Notes under the pieces: model-generated | Databases searched by the model: none | Told to the model about the DNA's origin: nothing | The model's input: only the letters and a program-made list of their open reading frames with translations | DNA from: an uncultured Lachnospiraceae bacterium | GTDB taxonomy: Bacteria; Bacillota; Clostridia; Lachnospirales; Anaerotignaceae | DNA length: 64,000 nt | NCBI GenBank assembly: GCA_944384295.1 | Contig: CALWSU010000010.1 | Location: 2,061-66,060 of the forward strand | Direction: 5' to 3' | Shown: one piece after another, positions 1 to 10,314 of the stretch | Position numbering within the stretch: the first letter of the stretch is position 1 | How the letters are laid out: each line of letters starts with the position of its first letter | Made by a program: the position numbers and the translations under genes

Positions 1-3
1 GGA

Positions 4-1116
4 TTGGCGCGCATGTTTTTTGCGCCCAAAGAAATACCATTGACACCAGGTACACCACGTCCGGTATTGATTACGTCGATTTTGGCGCAAGATGAATTGC
101 TGGTGTATGATTTGCAAAGCGGCAAACAAACAACATTACAGTTGTCAGAGGATACCAAAATATATAATGAAAAAAATGTTGTGATTGTATCCGATATTTT
201 AGAGGAAGGCGATTTGGTGCTTGCCACATTAGACAGTACTGGAAATGTGACCATATCGCTTTCTTACAACGGCATTACACAAATGGAAGCCACAGATTTA
301 CAGGTGGATACCACAGCAAGTGTATTGCGCAGCGAAGATGGCACACAGACCTATCATTATCAAAAAAACAGCAAATTTTTATATCAAGGCGAAGCATTGA
401 AACCATCTGAACTTGCGCCCTGTGATGTTCTGACATTATATTTGGTAGAAGATACACTTTGGCTGACAGAAGTCAATAGCTATCATGGATATTTTATTGT
501 AACGAATACAGGCAATATACAAAATGGCAAAATACAAATTGATACACAAGATGCCATAGCGTTATCAGAAGTATCTCGTATGCCGCTTGCAGAAGGCACA
601 CATACCGTTACCATTACCGGCGATAATATCGAAACCAGACAAGATACCTTGTTTATCGAAAGTGGCGAAGAAGTGACATATGATTTATCCCGCGCACAGG
701 AAAAAATGGGCGTTTTGGTGATACAGGCAAATGTCACGGATTATAAACTTTATATCAATGGTACTTTGACAGACAGTACACAACCGGCGGTTTTGCCATT
801 TGGGACATATGATGTTGTCATACTGAAAAACGGATATACCGACTGGAATCAGACTGTGACTATCAACCAAAGCACAGTAACGGTTCAAGCAGAATTGGAA
901 GAATCCATACAATATGGCACATTAGCCATTACCTGTAATGAACCAGATGCACATATCATCATCAATGGCGTGGAACAAGGGATTGCGCCGTTACAGATTA
1001 AGCTGCCGACTGGCTTGCAGGTGGTAGAAATTTATAAAGAAGGTTTTGCAACCTATCGGCAAGAGGTGGAATTGACACAGGATACTGTGCATATCGACGC
1101 CATATTGCAGCCATAA
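4..1116 (+). CDS. PEGA-domain protein (probably 5'-truncated by the window edge)
   Basis: Two C-terminal PEGA-like beta repeats (LVIQANVTDYKLYING...LPFGTYDVVILKNGY; LAITCNEPDAHIIING...LPTGLQVVEIYKEGF). Confidence 0.7.
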   Translation: MARMFFAPKEIPLTPGTPRPVLITSILAQDELLVYDLQSGKQTTLQLSEDTKIYNEKNVVIVSDILEEGDLVLATLDSTGNVTISLSYNGITQMEATDLQVDTTASVLRSEDGTQTYHYQKNSKFLYQGEALKPSELAPCDVLTLYLVEDTLWLTEVNSYHGYFIVTNTGNIQNGKIQIDTQDAIALSEVSRMPLAEGTHTVTITGDNIETRQDTLFIESGEEVTYDLSRAQEKMGVLVIQANVTDYKLYINGTLTDSTQPAVLPFGTYDVVILKNGYTDWNQTVTINQSTVTVQAELEESIQYGTLAITCNEPDAHIIINGVEQGIAPLQIKLPTGLQVVEIYKEGFATYRQEVELTQDTVHIDAILQP

Positions 1117-1190
1117 CGAAATCGTCTTTTTCTGCTCCTATGTTTTGCAGAAAAAGTGATATATCAAATACACAAAGGGAGGAATGGAAA

Positions 1191-2918
1191 TTGGATTATA
1201 AAGAAAGATACCAACAATGGTTGGACGACCCCGCAATTGATGCACAAACAAAGGACGCACTGCGTGCGCTTGCGGCGGACGAAAAAGAACTGAAGGAATG
1301 TTTTTACAAAGAATTGGAGTTCGGTACAGGTGGACTGCGTGGGATTATTGGGGCAGGCAGCAACCGCATGAACCGTTACACCGTAGGACGTGCCACACAA
1401 GGCTTGGCAAATTATATTTTAAAAGAAGGCACACAGGCAAAAGGCGTTGCGATTGCGTATGATTCTCGTCATATGTCCCCCGAATTTGCACAGATTGCAG
1501 GTTTGGTACTGGCTGGCAATGGCATTCGTGCATATGTATATCCTTCTCTGCGCCCGACACCGATGCTGTCTTTTGCAGTCAGAGAATTGGGCTGCACCGC
1601 TGGTATTGTGATTACAGCAAGCCACAATCCACCAGAATATAATGGTTATAAAGTATATTGGGCAGATGGTGCGCAGGTCGTTGCACCTAGAGATAAAGAC
1701 ATTATCCATGAAGTAAATAGTGTTGCTAGCTTTGGCGACATCAAAGAAATGGATTTGCAGGAAGCACAGGACAAAGGTCTGTTCTGCTATATCGGCGAAG
1801 AAGTGGACAATGCATTCAATGCCAATGTATTGGCACAGCGTCAAAATCCCGCATTGATTACAGAAATGGGCGATACACTCAAAATCGTGTATACACCTTT
1901 GCATGGCTCTGGCAATCTGCCAGTACGTCGCGCGCTGAAAGAAGCAGGTTTCCAACATGTATTTGTGGTACCAGAACAGGAATTGCCAGATGCAGAATTT
2001 TCTACCGTTGGCTATCCAAACCCAGAAGACCCCAAAGTATTCGTGCTTGCGCAAAAATTGGCGGAAGAAAAAGGCGCGGACATCATTGTCGGCACTGACC
2101 CCGACTGTGACCGTGTGGGTGCAGTGGTACGCAATGACAAAGGCGAATTTGTGGTATTGACTGGGAATATGGTAGGCGCATTGCTGACAGAATATATCCT
2201 TTCTCAGAAGAAAGCAAATGGTACTTTGCCTGCAAATGGCGCAGTCATCAAGACCATTGTAAGTACCGAAATGATTGTACCAATTTGCAAAGCATACGGC
2301 GTGACATTGATGGACGTATTGACAGGCTTCAAGTTCATTGGTGAAAAAATCAAAGGCTTTGAAGAAACCGGCAGCCACCAGTTTGTATTTGGCTTTGAAG
2401 AAAGCTATGGCTGTTTGGCAGGTACTTATGCAAGAGATAAAGATGCGGTCGTTGCAACGCTCTTGATTTGTGAAATGGCAGCATACTACAAAAAACAAGG
2501 TATGACATTGTATGATGGCTTGATGGCATTGTATGAAAAATATGGTTATTTCCGCGAAGGCGTGAAATCTCTGACACTCAAAGGCTTGGACGGCGTAGAA
2601 AAAATCCGTCAGATTATGGCGGCATTCCGTGCCAATACACCAAAAGCATTTGCTGGTGTCGATGTGGTTTGGGCAAGAGATTATCAGTCACAAGTATTCT
2701 GCAATCTGCAAACAGGCGAAAAAACAGATAGCCCTCTGCCAGTTTCTGATGTTATGTATTACACATTGACAGACGGTTCTTGGATTTGTGTGCGTCCTTC
2801 CGGCACAGAACCAAAACTGAAATTCTATATCGGCGTACAGGGTACTTCTCTGGACGATGCAAAAGCAAAAATTGATGCTTTGGAAAAAGACATTGACGCA
2901 AAAGTAGCAGAAGTGTAA
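1191..2918 (+). CDS. pgm: Phosphoglucomutase / phospho-sugar mutase
   Basis: Motifs FGTGGLRG, TASHNP (catalytic Ser), DPDCDR metal loop, GFEESYG, VRPSGTEPK. TTG start at 1191 follows RBS GGAGG. Confidence 0.95.
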   Translation: MDYKERYQQWLDDPAIDAQTKDALRALAADEKELKECFYKELEFGTGGLRGIIGAGSNRMNRYTVGRATQGLANYILKEGTQAKGVAIAYDSRHMSPEFAQIAGLVLAGNGIRAYVYPSLRPTPMLSFAVRELGCTAGIVITASHNPPEYNGYKVYWADGAQVVAPRDKDIIHEVNSVASFGDIKEMDLQEAQDKGLFCYIGEEVDNAFNANVLAQRQNPALITEMGDTLKIVYTPLHGSGNLPVRRALKEAGFQHVFVVPEQELPDAEFSTVGYPNPEDPKVFVLAQKLAEEKGADIIVGTDPDCDRVGAVVRNDKGEFVVLTGNMVGALLTEYILSQKKANGTLPANGAVIKTIVSTEMIVPICKAYGVTLMDVLTGFKFIGEKIKGFEETGSHQFVFGFEESYGCLAGTYARDKDAVVATLLICEMAAYYKKQGMTLYDGLMALYEKYGYFREGVKSLTLKGLDGVEKIRQIMAAFRANTPKAFAGVDVVWARDYQSQVFCNLQTGEKTDSPLPVSDVMYYTLTDGSWICVRPSGTEPKLKFYIGVQGTSLDDAKAKIDALEKDIDAKVAEV

Positions 2919-2954
2919 TAGAATAATAAAATAATAAAATAGTAAAGCATAAGA

Positions 2955-2998
2955 AAAGCGTGTTTTTCAGACAGTTTTTGTCGAAAAACACGCTTTTT
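2955..2998. terminator. Bidirectional intrinsic terminator
   Basis: aaaagcgtgtttttc...gaaaaacacgcttttt inverted repeat between convergent genes. Confidence 0.75.
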
Positions 2999-3016
2999 TG
3001 ATACAGAAAATATGTC

Positions 3017-4138
3017 TTACAGCATTACAGCCGTAATCAAAAGCACAGCAGCAAATATCAGATTCATTTTTGTGAAATCTTTCAAATATTTGCCTTTTGC
3101 CTCTGGCACTTCCTGTACAAAAAATTTATACGAAATCAAACTTGCCATAGAAGCAATCAATGTGCCCAAGCCGCCGATATTGACGCCAAAAAGCAGACCT
3201 TTCCATTCTGTCGTAAAGCCAGAAAGCAACACCGCAGCCGGTACATTGCTGACCACCTGAGAAAGCAGGAAAGAAACAAATAATTCGCGTCCTTCCAATA
3301 TAGATGATATGGCTTCTTGCATCGCAGGAATACGTCCCAAATTTCCGATAAAAATAAAGAAAAATACAAATGTAACCAATAAACTGTAATCCACACGCAA
3401 TAACACTTTGCGTGAAAATAACACAAACCAAACCAATGTAATAATCAATGCAGTGGTATAAGGCAATACATGAAATACTGTCAGCAGACATGCCGCAAAA
3501 ATAGCCAATAATACAGAAAGTGTGATTTTTTGTTTTACCTGCATCTGTTCAGAACGTTGGCTGGTAACCACTTCCGCAGCAAGCGGCGTATCTTGAATTT
3601 GCAAACAACATACCACAAGCAAAAATAAAGACAACAGCGTCAAAGGAAGCATAGTCAGTATAAATTCCCATGGCGAGATACCAGAAATGGTATATAGATA
3701 TAGATTTTGTGGGTTGCCGATGGGTGTCAGCATACTGCCCAAATTCGCCGCAATCGTTTGCAGTACCAAAAGAGGTATCATCTGTGTGCTTAGTTTTGCC
3801 ATGCGCAGCAATAATATGGTAAATGGTACAAATGTAATCAATGCCACATCATTGGTCACCAGCATGGCGAAGAAAAAGCAGAGCAGTACCAATACCAAAG
3901 AAAGCTGACGTAAATCCCCAGTACGCTTGAGCAAGGCATATGCCACACTTTGAAAAATCCCTAGTTCCTGCAAACCTGCCATCACTGCCATCAAACAGAA
4001 TAACAGCACCAGTACTTGTGTATTTAGATAGTCGATATAGGCGGCGTCTGGTGGTATGATGCACATAGAACAAAGTGCCAAGATACCAGAAATACAAAGT
4101 ATGGTTTCTTTTTTGAAAAATGCAATACATTTTTGCAT
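3017..4138 (-). CDS. SLC13/ArsB-NhaD (citrate transporter family) permease
   Basis: Highly hydrophobic 373 aa; motifs TNDVALITFVP, AANLGSMLTPIGNPQN, SQVVSNVPAA, GGLGTLIASMASL. Confidence 0.8.
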   Translation of the reverse strand: MQKCIAFFKKETILCISGILALCSMCIIPPDAAYIDYLNTQVLVLLFCLMAVMAGLQELGIFQSVAYALLKRTGDLRQLSLVLVLLCFFFAMLVTNDVALITFVPFTILLLRMAKLSTQMIPLLVLQTIAANLGSMLTPIGNPQNLYLYTISGISPWEFILTMLPLTLLSLFLLVVCCLQIQDTPLAAEVVTSQRSEQMQVKQKITLSVLLAIFAACLLTVFHVLPYTTALIITLVWFVLFSRKVLLRVDYSLLVTFVFFFIFIGNLGRIPAMQEAISSILEGRELFVSFLLSQVVSNVPAAVLLSGFTTEWKGLLFGVNIGGLGTLIASMASLISYKFFVQEVPEAKGKYLKDFTKMNLIFAAVLLITAVML

Positions 4139-4249
4139 GTCATTTCGTCCTCTCTTTTGCCGAAAAATCTTTCCAACGGTTACACATTATACTGCTTTGT
4201 ATTGCGAAAATCAAGCGAATACGCCTGTATTTTCACTTGAAAAGCGTTT

Positions 4250-4535
4250 TAGACTGTAGAAAAAAGTTTTATATTTTTTTCATGAACGCGGAAGGGTTTG
4301 GGGAACAAAGCGTTCCCCAAATTCCATCCGCAGTCGGAATTTATTTCCGACGAGGAAAAGCAGAAATTTCAAGGCTTTTAGCCGATGGAATGCCGCACCC
4401 CGAAAGAGACGGGGGCAGCGAAGCTGACTTTGCGAAGCAAAGTGCTTGACCAGAGCTTTATACTTCTGTCTACTCGTCAAAGGCTTGAATGAAATGAGCC
4501 TTTGACGAAAGGGTGTCGACTTTTTCGACACCCTG
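4250..4535 (+). mobile_element. MITE-like structured repeat, copy 1 (286 bp, carries module B)
   Basis: Ends tagactgtagaaaaa...tttttcgacaccctg; flanked by a 19-bp near-direct repeat tttcacttgaaaagcgttt (4231-4249) / tttcgcttgcaaagcgttt (4536-4554); homologous to four other copies. Confidence 0.85.
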
Positions 4536-4541
4536 TTTCGC

Positions 4542-4570
4542 TTGCAAAGCGTTTATTTTTTGCGTACAAT
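4542..4570 (+). promoter_or_regulatory. Putative sigma-A promoter of nfo-ogt
   Basis: TTGCAA-17 bp-TACAAT; the -35 box lies inside the right target duplication of repeat copy 1. Confidence 0.55.
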
Positions 4571-4605
4571 ACAAAGCAAGAAATGAGAGAAAGGACGAAA
4601 AAATT

Positions 4606-5442
4606 ATGTTTTGGATAGGGTGTCACCTTTCGGCGGCAAAAGGTTATTTGGCAATGGGAAAAGAAGCGGTCAATCTAGGCGCAAATACGTTTCAGTTTTT
4701 TACACGCAATCCGCGCGGCGGAAGCGTAAAACCTTTGGATTTGGACGATATGGCGGCATATCGTGATTTTGCTGCAAAACACAATATCGGTACGATTGTA
4801 GCGCATGCGCCTTATACACTCAATGCCTGTGCAGCAGATGAAAATTTGCAAAGATTTGCATTGCATGTCATGCGAGAAGATTTGGAACGGCTTTCTTTTC
4901 TGCCTGATGTGGTTTATAATTTCCACCCCGGCAGTCATGTCAAGCAAGGCGAAGCAGTAGGGATACAAAAAATCGCCGATTTATTGAACCAAGTATTGCA
5001 GCCAGATACCAAAACGCCTGTTTTGCTGGAAACCATGGCGGGAAAAGGTACAGAAATCGGACGCGAATTTGCACAGTTGCGCGCGATATTGGATAAAGTA
5101 GAGCTTTCTGACAAAATGGGCGTTTGTATGGATACCTGTCATGTATTTGATGCGGGTTATGATATTGTTTCGCATTTAGAGGAAGTCTTGCAGGAATTTG
5201 ATACTGTGATTGGTTTGGAACGGCTCAAAGCGATTCATCTCAATGACAGCAAAAATGCTTTGGGAAGTCATAAAGATAGACATGCTTGTCTGGACGCGGG
5301 AGAAATTGGCATAGAAGCATTGTCTCAAATCATCAATCATCCGAAATTGTGTCATCTACCTTTTGTATTGGAAACGCCAAATGATGCCGCGGGATATGCC
5401 AAAGAAATTGCATGGCTGAAGGAATTAAGAAAGGTTGAGTAA
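4606..5442 (+). CDS. nfo: Endonuclease IV (AP endonuclease)
   Basis: IGCHLS, FQFFTRNPRG, HAPYTLN, NFHPGSH, LLETMAG, CMDTCH, HLNDSK, DRHA, LETP metal ligands; ATG at 4606 after RBS. Confidence 0.95.
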   Translation: MFWIGCHLSAAKGYLAMGKEAVNLGANTFQFFTRNPRGGSVKPLDLDDMAAYRDFAAKHNIGTIVAHAPYTLNACAADENLQRFALHVMREDLERLSFLPDVVYNFHPGSHVKQGEAVGIQKIADLLNQVLQPDTKTPVLLETMAGKGTEIGREFAQLRAILDKVELSDKMGVCMDTCHVFDAGYDIVSHLEEVLQEFDTVIGLERLKAIHLNDSKNALGSHKDRHACLDAGEIGIEALSQIINHPKLCHLPFVLETPNDAAGYAKEIAWLKELRKVE

Positions 5443-5445
5443 GCG

Positions 5446-5928
5446 ATGGAATTGGAAAAAATATGGTTTTATCAAACAAAGATTGGAGAAATTGGAATTG
5501 GAGAAAAGCATGGCGCGATTGTGCGTGTGACATTTGGAAGAGAAATGGGCGGTTTGCCGCCGGATTTTGAAATGGTGGAAACGCCGCTTTTGAAATTAGC
5601 AGCAGTAGAGATTTTAGAATATTTAGCGGGAAAACGAAAAAAATTTGATGTACCACTTGCGCCAGAAGGTACACCGTTTCAAAAAAGCGTATGGACAGCT
5701 TTGCAAACTATACCATATGGCGAAACAGCGACCTATGGCGAAATTGCGGCGGCAGTTGGTAATCCAAAAGCAGCACGCGCAATAGGTCGCGCAAACCATG
5801 ACAATCCAATTGCAATATTGATTCCGTGTCATCGTGTGGTAGGGGCAAATGGGAAATTGACAGGCTATGCCGCAGGATTGGAAATCAAAAAAGCTTTGCT
5901 GGAAATAGAAAAAGAAAATATGCAATGA
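5446..5928 (+). CDS. ogt: Methylated-DNA--protein-cysteine methyltransferase
   Basis: IPYGETATYGEIA, RAIGRAN, active-site IPCHRVV motif. Confidence 0.95.
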   Translation: MELEKIWFYQTKIGEIGIGEKHGAIVRVTFGREMGGLPPDFEMVETPLLKLAAVEILEYLAGKRKKFDVPLAPEGTPFQKSVWTALQTIPYGETATYGEIAAAVGNPKAARAIGRANHDNPIAILIPCHRVVGANGKLTGYAAGLEIKKALLEIEKENMQ

Positions 5929-6027
5929 TAAAAAAGTACGCCTTGCATTTTGGATAGGATACCCACAATGCAGGCGTTATTTTTTGGTTTTACAATAGAT
6001 TCCATATGCAAATGCTTAAAATAATTA

Positions 6028-6256
6028 CAGACTGTAGAAAAACTAGATTTTATATTTTTTCAAGCGCGCGGAAGGGATTGGGAAACGAAGCGTTTCCCAA
6101 ATAGAATCCGCAGTCGGAATTCATTTCCGACGAGGAAAAGTCGAAGTTTCAAGGCTTTTAGCCGATGGAACTTCGAGCTTTATACTTCTGTCTACTCGTC
6201 AAAGGCTTGAATGAAATGAGCCTTTGACGATAGGGTGTCGATTTTTCGACACTCTA
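6028..6256 (+). mobile_element. MITE-like structured repeat, copy 2 (229 bp, minimal form)
   Basis: cagactgtagaaaaa...tttttcgacactcta; flanks ataatta / gtaatta (7 bp, 1 mismatch), the right one containing the stop codon of the aldo/keto reductase. Confidence 0.85.
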
Positions 6257-6260
6257 GTAA

Positions 6261-7100
6261 TTAGAATGTATCTGGGTGATGTCCGCTCCATTGTCCTTGT
6301 GGTGCTGTCATCAAACGGGAAACTTCTTCTGGTGTCAAAGAAAAATCAAAGATATCTAAATTTTCCTGCATGCGCTGTAAAGAAGAAGATTTCGGCAATG
6401 GCAGGATATGCTGTTCCAAAGCAAAACGCAGACAGATTTGTGCAGGTGTTTTTCCATATTTTTGTGCAAGCTCTAGTAAAAATGGGTCGTCTAATGCTTT
6501 TGTACGTCCCAAAGGACTCCATGCTTCTACCAAAAGCCCTTGTGATTGGCAATAGGATACGGCATAAGATTGCGTATAACCAGGGTGAAATTCCAATTGG
6601 TCTACCATAGGCGTGATATTGGCAGCAACCATCAATGGCATCAAGTGATGTGGTAAAAAGTTGCTCACGCCAATGGCGCGCAGTACTTTTTGTTCATATA
6701 ATTTTTCCATAGCATGCCATGCAGAAATTACTTTTTCCGCCCATGCGTCGCGGTCAACTTCAGGCATGGGCCAGTGCAACAGGCACAAATCCAGATAGTC
6801 GGTTTGCAAATCTTGTAAAGATGCTTCTATACTACGCATTGCATCGTCATAAGACAGTGCAGAACGCCATACTTTGGTAGTCAAAAATAAATCTTTTCGG
6901 TCAATCCCTGCGGTACGAATCGCATTGCCTACTTGTGTTTCATTGCCATACATACGCGCGGTGTCTATATGGCGATAGCCTGCCAGCAAAGCAGTGCAAA
7001 GCACGGATTCCGCAGTATCGTCTGTGACTTTGTAAGTGCCAAAACCGATTTTTGGAATTTTTACGCCGTTATATAATGTATAGTATTCTTGTTCTTGCAT
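6261..7100 (-). CDS. Aldo/keto reductase (2,5-DKG reductase-like)
   Basis: IPKIGFGT, GYRHIDTA..Y, LFLTTK, DYLDLCLLHWP, AIGVSNF, QLEFHP, AWSPLG, LPKSS motifs. Confidence 0.92.
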   Translation of the reverse strand: MQEQEYYTLYNGVKIPKIGFGTYKVTDDTAESVLCTALLAGYRHIDTARMYGNETQVGNAIRTAGIDRKDLFLTTKVWRSALSYDDAMRSIEASLQDLQTDYLDLCLLHWPMPEVDRDAWAEKVISAWHAMEKLYEQKVLRAIGVSNFLPHHLMPLMVAANITPMVDQLEFHPGYTQSYAVSYCQSQGLLVEAWSPLGRTKALDDPFLLELAQKYGKTPAQICLRFALEQHILPLPKSSSLQRMQENLDIFDFSLTPEEVSRLMTAPQGQWSGHHPDTF

Positions 7101-7121
7101 ATTATGTTGCCTCCTTCAAAA

Positions 7122-8357
7122 TCATATGTTTTCTGCCATTTGCGCGTATTTTTGATGCGCCAATGACAACAAATATTCTGTTTGGTTGTGGGCTGGTTCT
7201 TCCCATACATCTGCGAGAAGGGCGGATAAAATTTCTCCGATTGCTTTCCCAGCAGGGATACCTTCTGCCATCAATGTTTTGCCATCTATGGCGAGTGTTT
7301 TGAGTGTCAAACAATCACCGCTTGCAAGGATTTCACAAAGCAATGTTTGTGCTTTGTCCGCGCCATTTTGCGGATATAAAATATGTTGTAGTGTGAGTAA
7401 ATCTCGCGTCATATCCGCGCCAATGGTACCCGCAAGACGGCGTAGCTGAGGCTTGGTTTGTGGGGTAGGCTGATGCAGTACACGTAATAAGGTGAGAATA
7501 TATTTTGTAGTTTGGTTATCAAATTTCAGTTTTTTACAAAATTGTTTTGCTTCAGATTCTGTATAACCTTGTAAAACCAATGTCCAACGCAATGCCATAA
7601 CGGCAGGTGCAGCCGAAAGCTGTGTACAAAGCGCATCACCATAATTTGCCAGACGTTCTGCAAACAAAGTGTCGATATGTGGCAATAATCCACTTTCCAA
7701 TAACAACGGCAGACGGTCAGAAAAAGGCGAAAGCCAAAGCTTTGTCAATTCTGTGAAAATGCGTTCCGCGCTGATATGGGCAATCAAAGCGGCATTTTGC
7801 TGTAATGCGGTATAGGTCGCTGGTTCTACGCAAAAACCCAATTGCGCCGCAAAACGTACACAACGCAGCATACGCAAAGCGTCTTCTTGAAACCGTTTGG
7901 CAGGTTCTCCCACGCCGCGGATACATTTTTTGGCAATATCCGCACGTCCCCCAAAAGGGTCTTGAAATCCAATGGCGGGGTGATATGCAATGGCATTCAT
8001 GGTAAAATCACGTCGCAGCAAATCTTCTTTCAGATTGGGGGTAAACTGCACCGAAGTCGGGTGACGGTTGTCCTCATATGCGCCATCAATACGATAGGTT
8101 GTGATTTCGTAATTGGTTTGATGCAGCACAACGGTAATGGTACCATGTTGTATGCCAGTATCAAATGTATGCGCAAATAATGCTTTTGTTTGTTCTGGTA
8201 ATGCAGAAGTGGTGATGTCCCAGTCCTGCGGTGTGCGTCCTAATATACAGTCACGCACACAACCGCCTACAATATAGGCTTCATAGCCATTTTGGCATAA
8301 TGTTTGGAGCAATGTATGCACGTCTTGTGGTATCAATTTGTAATCAATGGCGTTCAT
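7122..8357 (-). CDS. cca: CCA tRNA nucleotidyltransferase
   Basis: YIVGGCVRD, DWDITT, GIQHGT, EDLLRRDFTMNA, RFQEDALRMLR, ISAERI; likely start MNAIDY at 8357. Confidence 0.92.
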   Translation of the reverse strand: MNAIDYKLIPQDVHTLLQTLCQNGYEAYIVGGCVRDCILGRTPQDWDITTSALPEQTKALFAHTFDTGIQHGTITVVLHQTNYEITTYRIDGAYEDNRHPTSVQFTPNLKEDLLRRDFTMNAIAYHPAIGFQDPFGGRADIAKKCIRGVGEPAKRFQEDALRMLRCVRFAAQLGFCVEPATYTALQQNAALIAHISAERIFTELTKLWLSPFSDRLPLLLESGLLPHIDTLFAERLANYGDALCTQLSAAPAVMALRWTLVLQGYTESEAKQFCKKLKFDNQTTKYILTLLRVLHQPTPQTKPQLRRLAGTIGADMTRDLLTLQHILYPQNGADKAQTLLCEILASGDCLTLKTLAIDGKTLMAEGIPAGKAIGEILSALLADVWEEPAHNQTEYLLSLAHQKYAQMAENI

Positions 8358-8545
8358 ATATACTTCATTCCTTTGGTATTTTTGATGGTTGTTCTTCCAA
8401 GCATACATATTATAACATAAATTTGTATCAATAAGATAGAAAGTTTTCGTATAGATGGCTGGTACAAAATCGTTTTTTGCAGAAAAAAGTATTGACAGTA
8501 TGGAAAAATCGTGATAGTATATTTTTTGCAATCTGATAGAAGTAT

Positions 8546-8618
8546 GCGCCCTTAGCTCAGTTGGTAGAGCAACTGACTCTTAATCAGTGGGTCCAGGGTT
8601 CGAGTCCCTGAGGGCGCA
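8546..8618 (+). tRNA. tRNA-Lys (anticodon CTT), CCA not encoded
   Basis: Acceptor stem gcgccct/agggcgc, D arm agctcagttggtagagc, anticodon stem actga/tcagt with loop ctCTTaa, T arm ggttcgagtcc; followed by A then TTT. Confidence 0.95.
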
Positions 8619-8784
8619 TTTTAGAAGCAGTGTTTTTCGGCAAAGTGATGTCGGGGGACGCTGTTTTTTTGTTTATATTTCTTTATTGTATACAAACAAC
8701 TTGCGTCGCCATTCTTGACACCAAATTCCACTCTATTATATGATAATAACAGAAAAGGCATACAAAGCGAAAGAAGGTGGCAGC

Positions 8785-10221
8785 ATGCAGAAAACAAAGC
8801 GGCGAATTGAACATTTTTCCTATTATGATATGGAAGGGATTGCCGAACACCTGCGCAAAATGGCGGCAAAAGGCTGGTATCTGCAAAGTATTACTCCATT
8901 GTATTGGGAATATGAAGCAGATACGCCCAAGCGTGTCAATTATTTTCTGACATTCGGTACACAAGGTATTTTTGGGTATCAGGAAGAAGATTGGACTTAT
9001 GTAACCAATTGGCAAGAGATGGAAATTTACCGTACAGAAGATACTTCTGTGGTGGTGCCGATACAAGATAGCCGCACAAAATTAAAAGCAATCCAAAAAC
9101 AGATGAAACAAAGTTTTGTGCCGATTTATACCTTGGGTATTTTTATGGCATTGTTGTTGCTGTTTTTGCCTTGTTTTGCCATACTGCGGGATTTTTTGAC
9201 ATGGCTGCCAGATGGTGTTTGGATGTTAAGTACATTGTCTGGGGTATTGTTGTTTTTATATACATTTGGACGTTTGCACCAATATCGCAAATGGTGTAAA
9301 CGCTCGAAAGAATGTATGTATCAATATGGCTTATGCGCGCCGGTTTTATTGGGACAACGCCGCAGAACAAAATTGTCATTTTTCAGCACATTAGTGGTAT
9401 TGTTATTTTATAGCATATTGTTGCTGCTGCGCATTGTACCAGATTTGCATATAGAATTTTCGTATGTTTCCATCTTTGCGGGCATATTGCTTTTGGTGTT
9501 TTGTGGCTGGCGCATTTGGGACAAGCATAAACAGCCAATACGAAGTAAGGTACCTTTTCAAAAAGCATATTTGCGTGTGTCCATTGTGGCATTGCTCGTG
9601 CCTGTGTTGTTGTCGGGTGTGATGTATGTAGGAGAAAAGGGCGAATTTCTTCCAAAACGTGCGATAGAAACCGTATCAGTCAAAGAAAGTACCGGTTTGG
9701 TTTCTGAATTTTATGTTTATGATGATACATTGCCTTTGTCTATTGAGGATTTACTGGGGGCACAGGAGGGCAAATATTCCAAGCGGTATCTCATGAAAGG
9801 CTCTATCTTGGCGACATATGCGCGATGCACACAAATGACACCGCCGAATGTGAGTGAATTGCCAAAATTAGAATATGAAATATGGCAGTTTCGAGGACAA
9901 AAACAATTTGAAAATGCTTTAGAATACATGCTTTCTGGCATAAATGTAAATGATGATGAGTTACAAGGGTATCAAACGTTGTTGCTCGACGGTATAGATA
10001 TGGCATATCAGCGGTACTATAGAGAGGAACTTTGCAACGAGTTTTTATTGGTCAAAGATAAAAAAATCGTACATCTGCTGACCAGTTGGGAAATGACACA
10101 AGAACAGTTAGATACAGTCGTATCGAAATTGTTTTTGTCAGAAACAGCAGAAACATCTGAGCCATCTGAAACAGTAGAACAAACCGAACAAACAGATACG
10201 GTATTGCACCCAACCGAATAA
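8785..10221 (+). CDS. DUF2812-like membrane protein
   Basis: N-terminal pattern EHLRKMAAKGWYL...WTYV...EIY followed by about five TM segments and a soluble C-domain; start MQKTKRR after RBS GAAGGTGG. Confidence 0.65.
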   Translation: MQKTKRRIEHFSYYDMEGIAEHLRKMAAKGWYLQSITPLYWEYEADTPKRVNYFLTFGTQGIFGYQEEDWTYVTNWQEMEIYRTEDTSVVVPIQDSRTKLKAIQKQMKQSFVPIYTLGIFMALLLLFLPCFAILRDFLTWLPDGVWMLSTLSGVLLFLYTFGRLHQYRKWCKRSKECMYQYGLCAPVLLGQRRRTKLSFFSTLVVLLFYSILLLLRIVPDLHIEFSYVSIFAGILLLVFCGWRIWDKHKQPIRSKVPFQKAYLRVSIVALLVPVLLSGVMYVGEKGEFLPKRAIETVSVKESTGLVSEFYVYDDTLPLSIEDLLGAQEGKYSKRYLMKGSILATYARCTQMTPPNVSELPKLEYEIWQFRGQKQFENALEYMLSGINVNDDELQGYQTLLLDGIDMAYQRYYREELCNEFLLVKDKKIVHLLTSWEMTQEQLDTVVSKLFLSETAETSEPSETVEQTEQTDTVLHPTE

Positions 10222-10256
10222 AATCTGAATAAAATCTATCAAAAAATCAACCATAC

Positions 10257-10297
10257 AAAAAAACCTGTTGCCGTGAGCAGTGGCAACAGGTTTTTTT
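10257..10297. terminator. Bidirectional intrinsic terminator
   Basis: aaaaacctgttgcc-gtgagcagt-ggcaacaggttttt between convergent genes. Confidence 0.8.
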
Positions 10298-10314
10298 GAT
10301 GCAGATGGAACTGT

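Noticed and set aside
4120-4531. ORFs 4120-4449 (+), 4280-4531 (-), 16712-16984 (+) and 56899-57129 (-) as genes or transposase fragments
   Set aside because: They are reading frames through the non-coding repeat, with no RBS and no DDE or HUH motifs.
8546-10300. Genomic island integrated at tRNA-Lys
   Set aside because: No integrase, no duplicated tRNA 3' end downstream, and no evident compositional shift.
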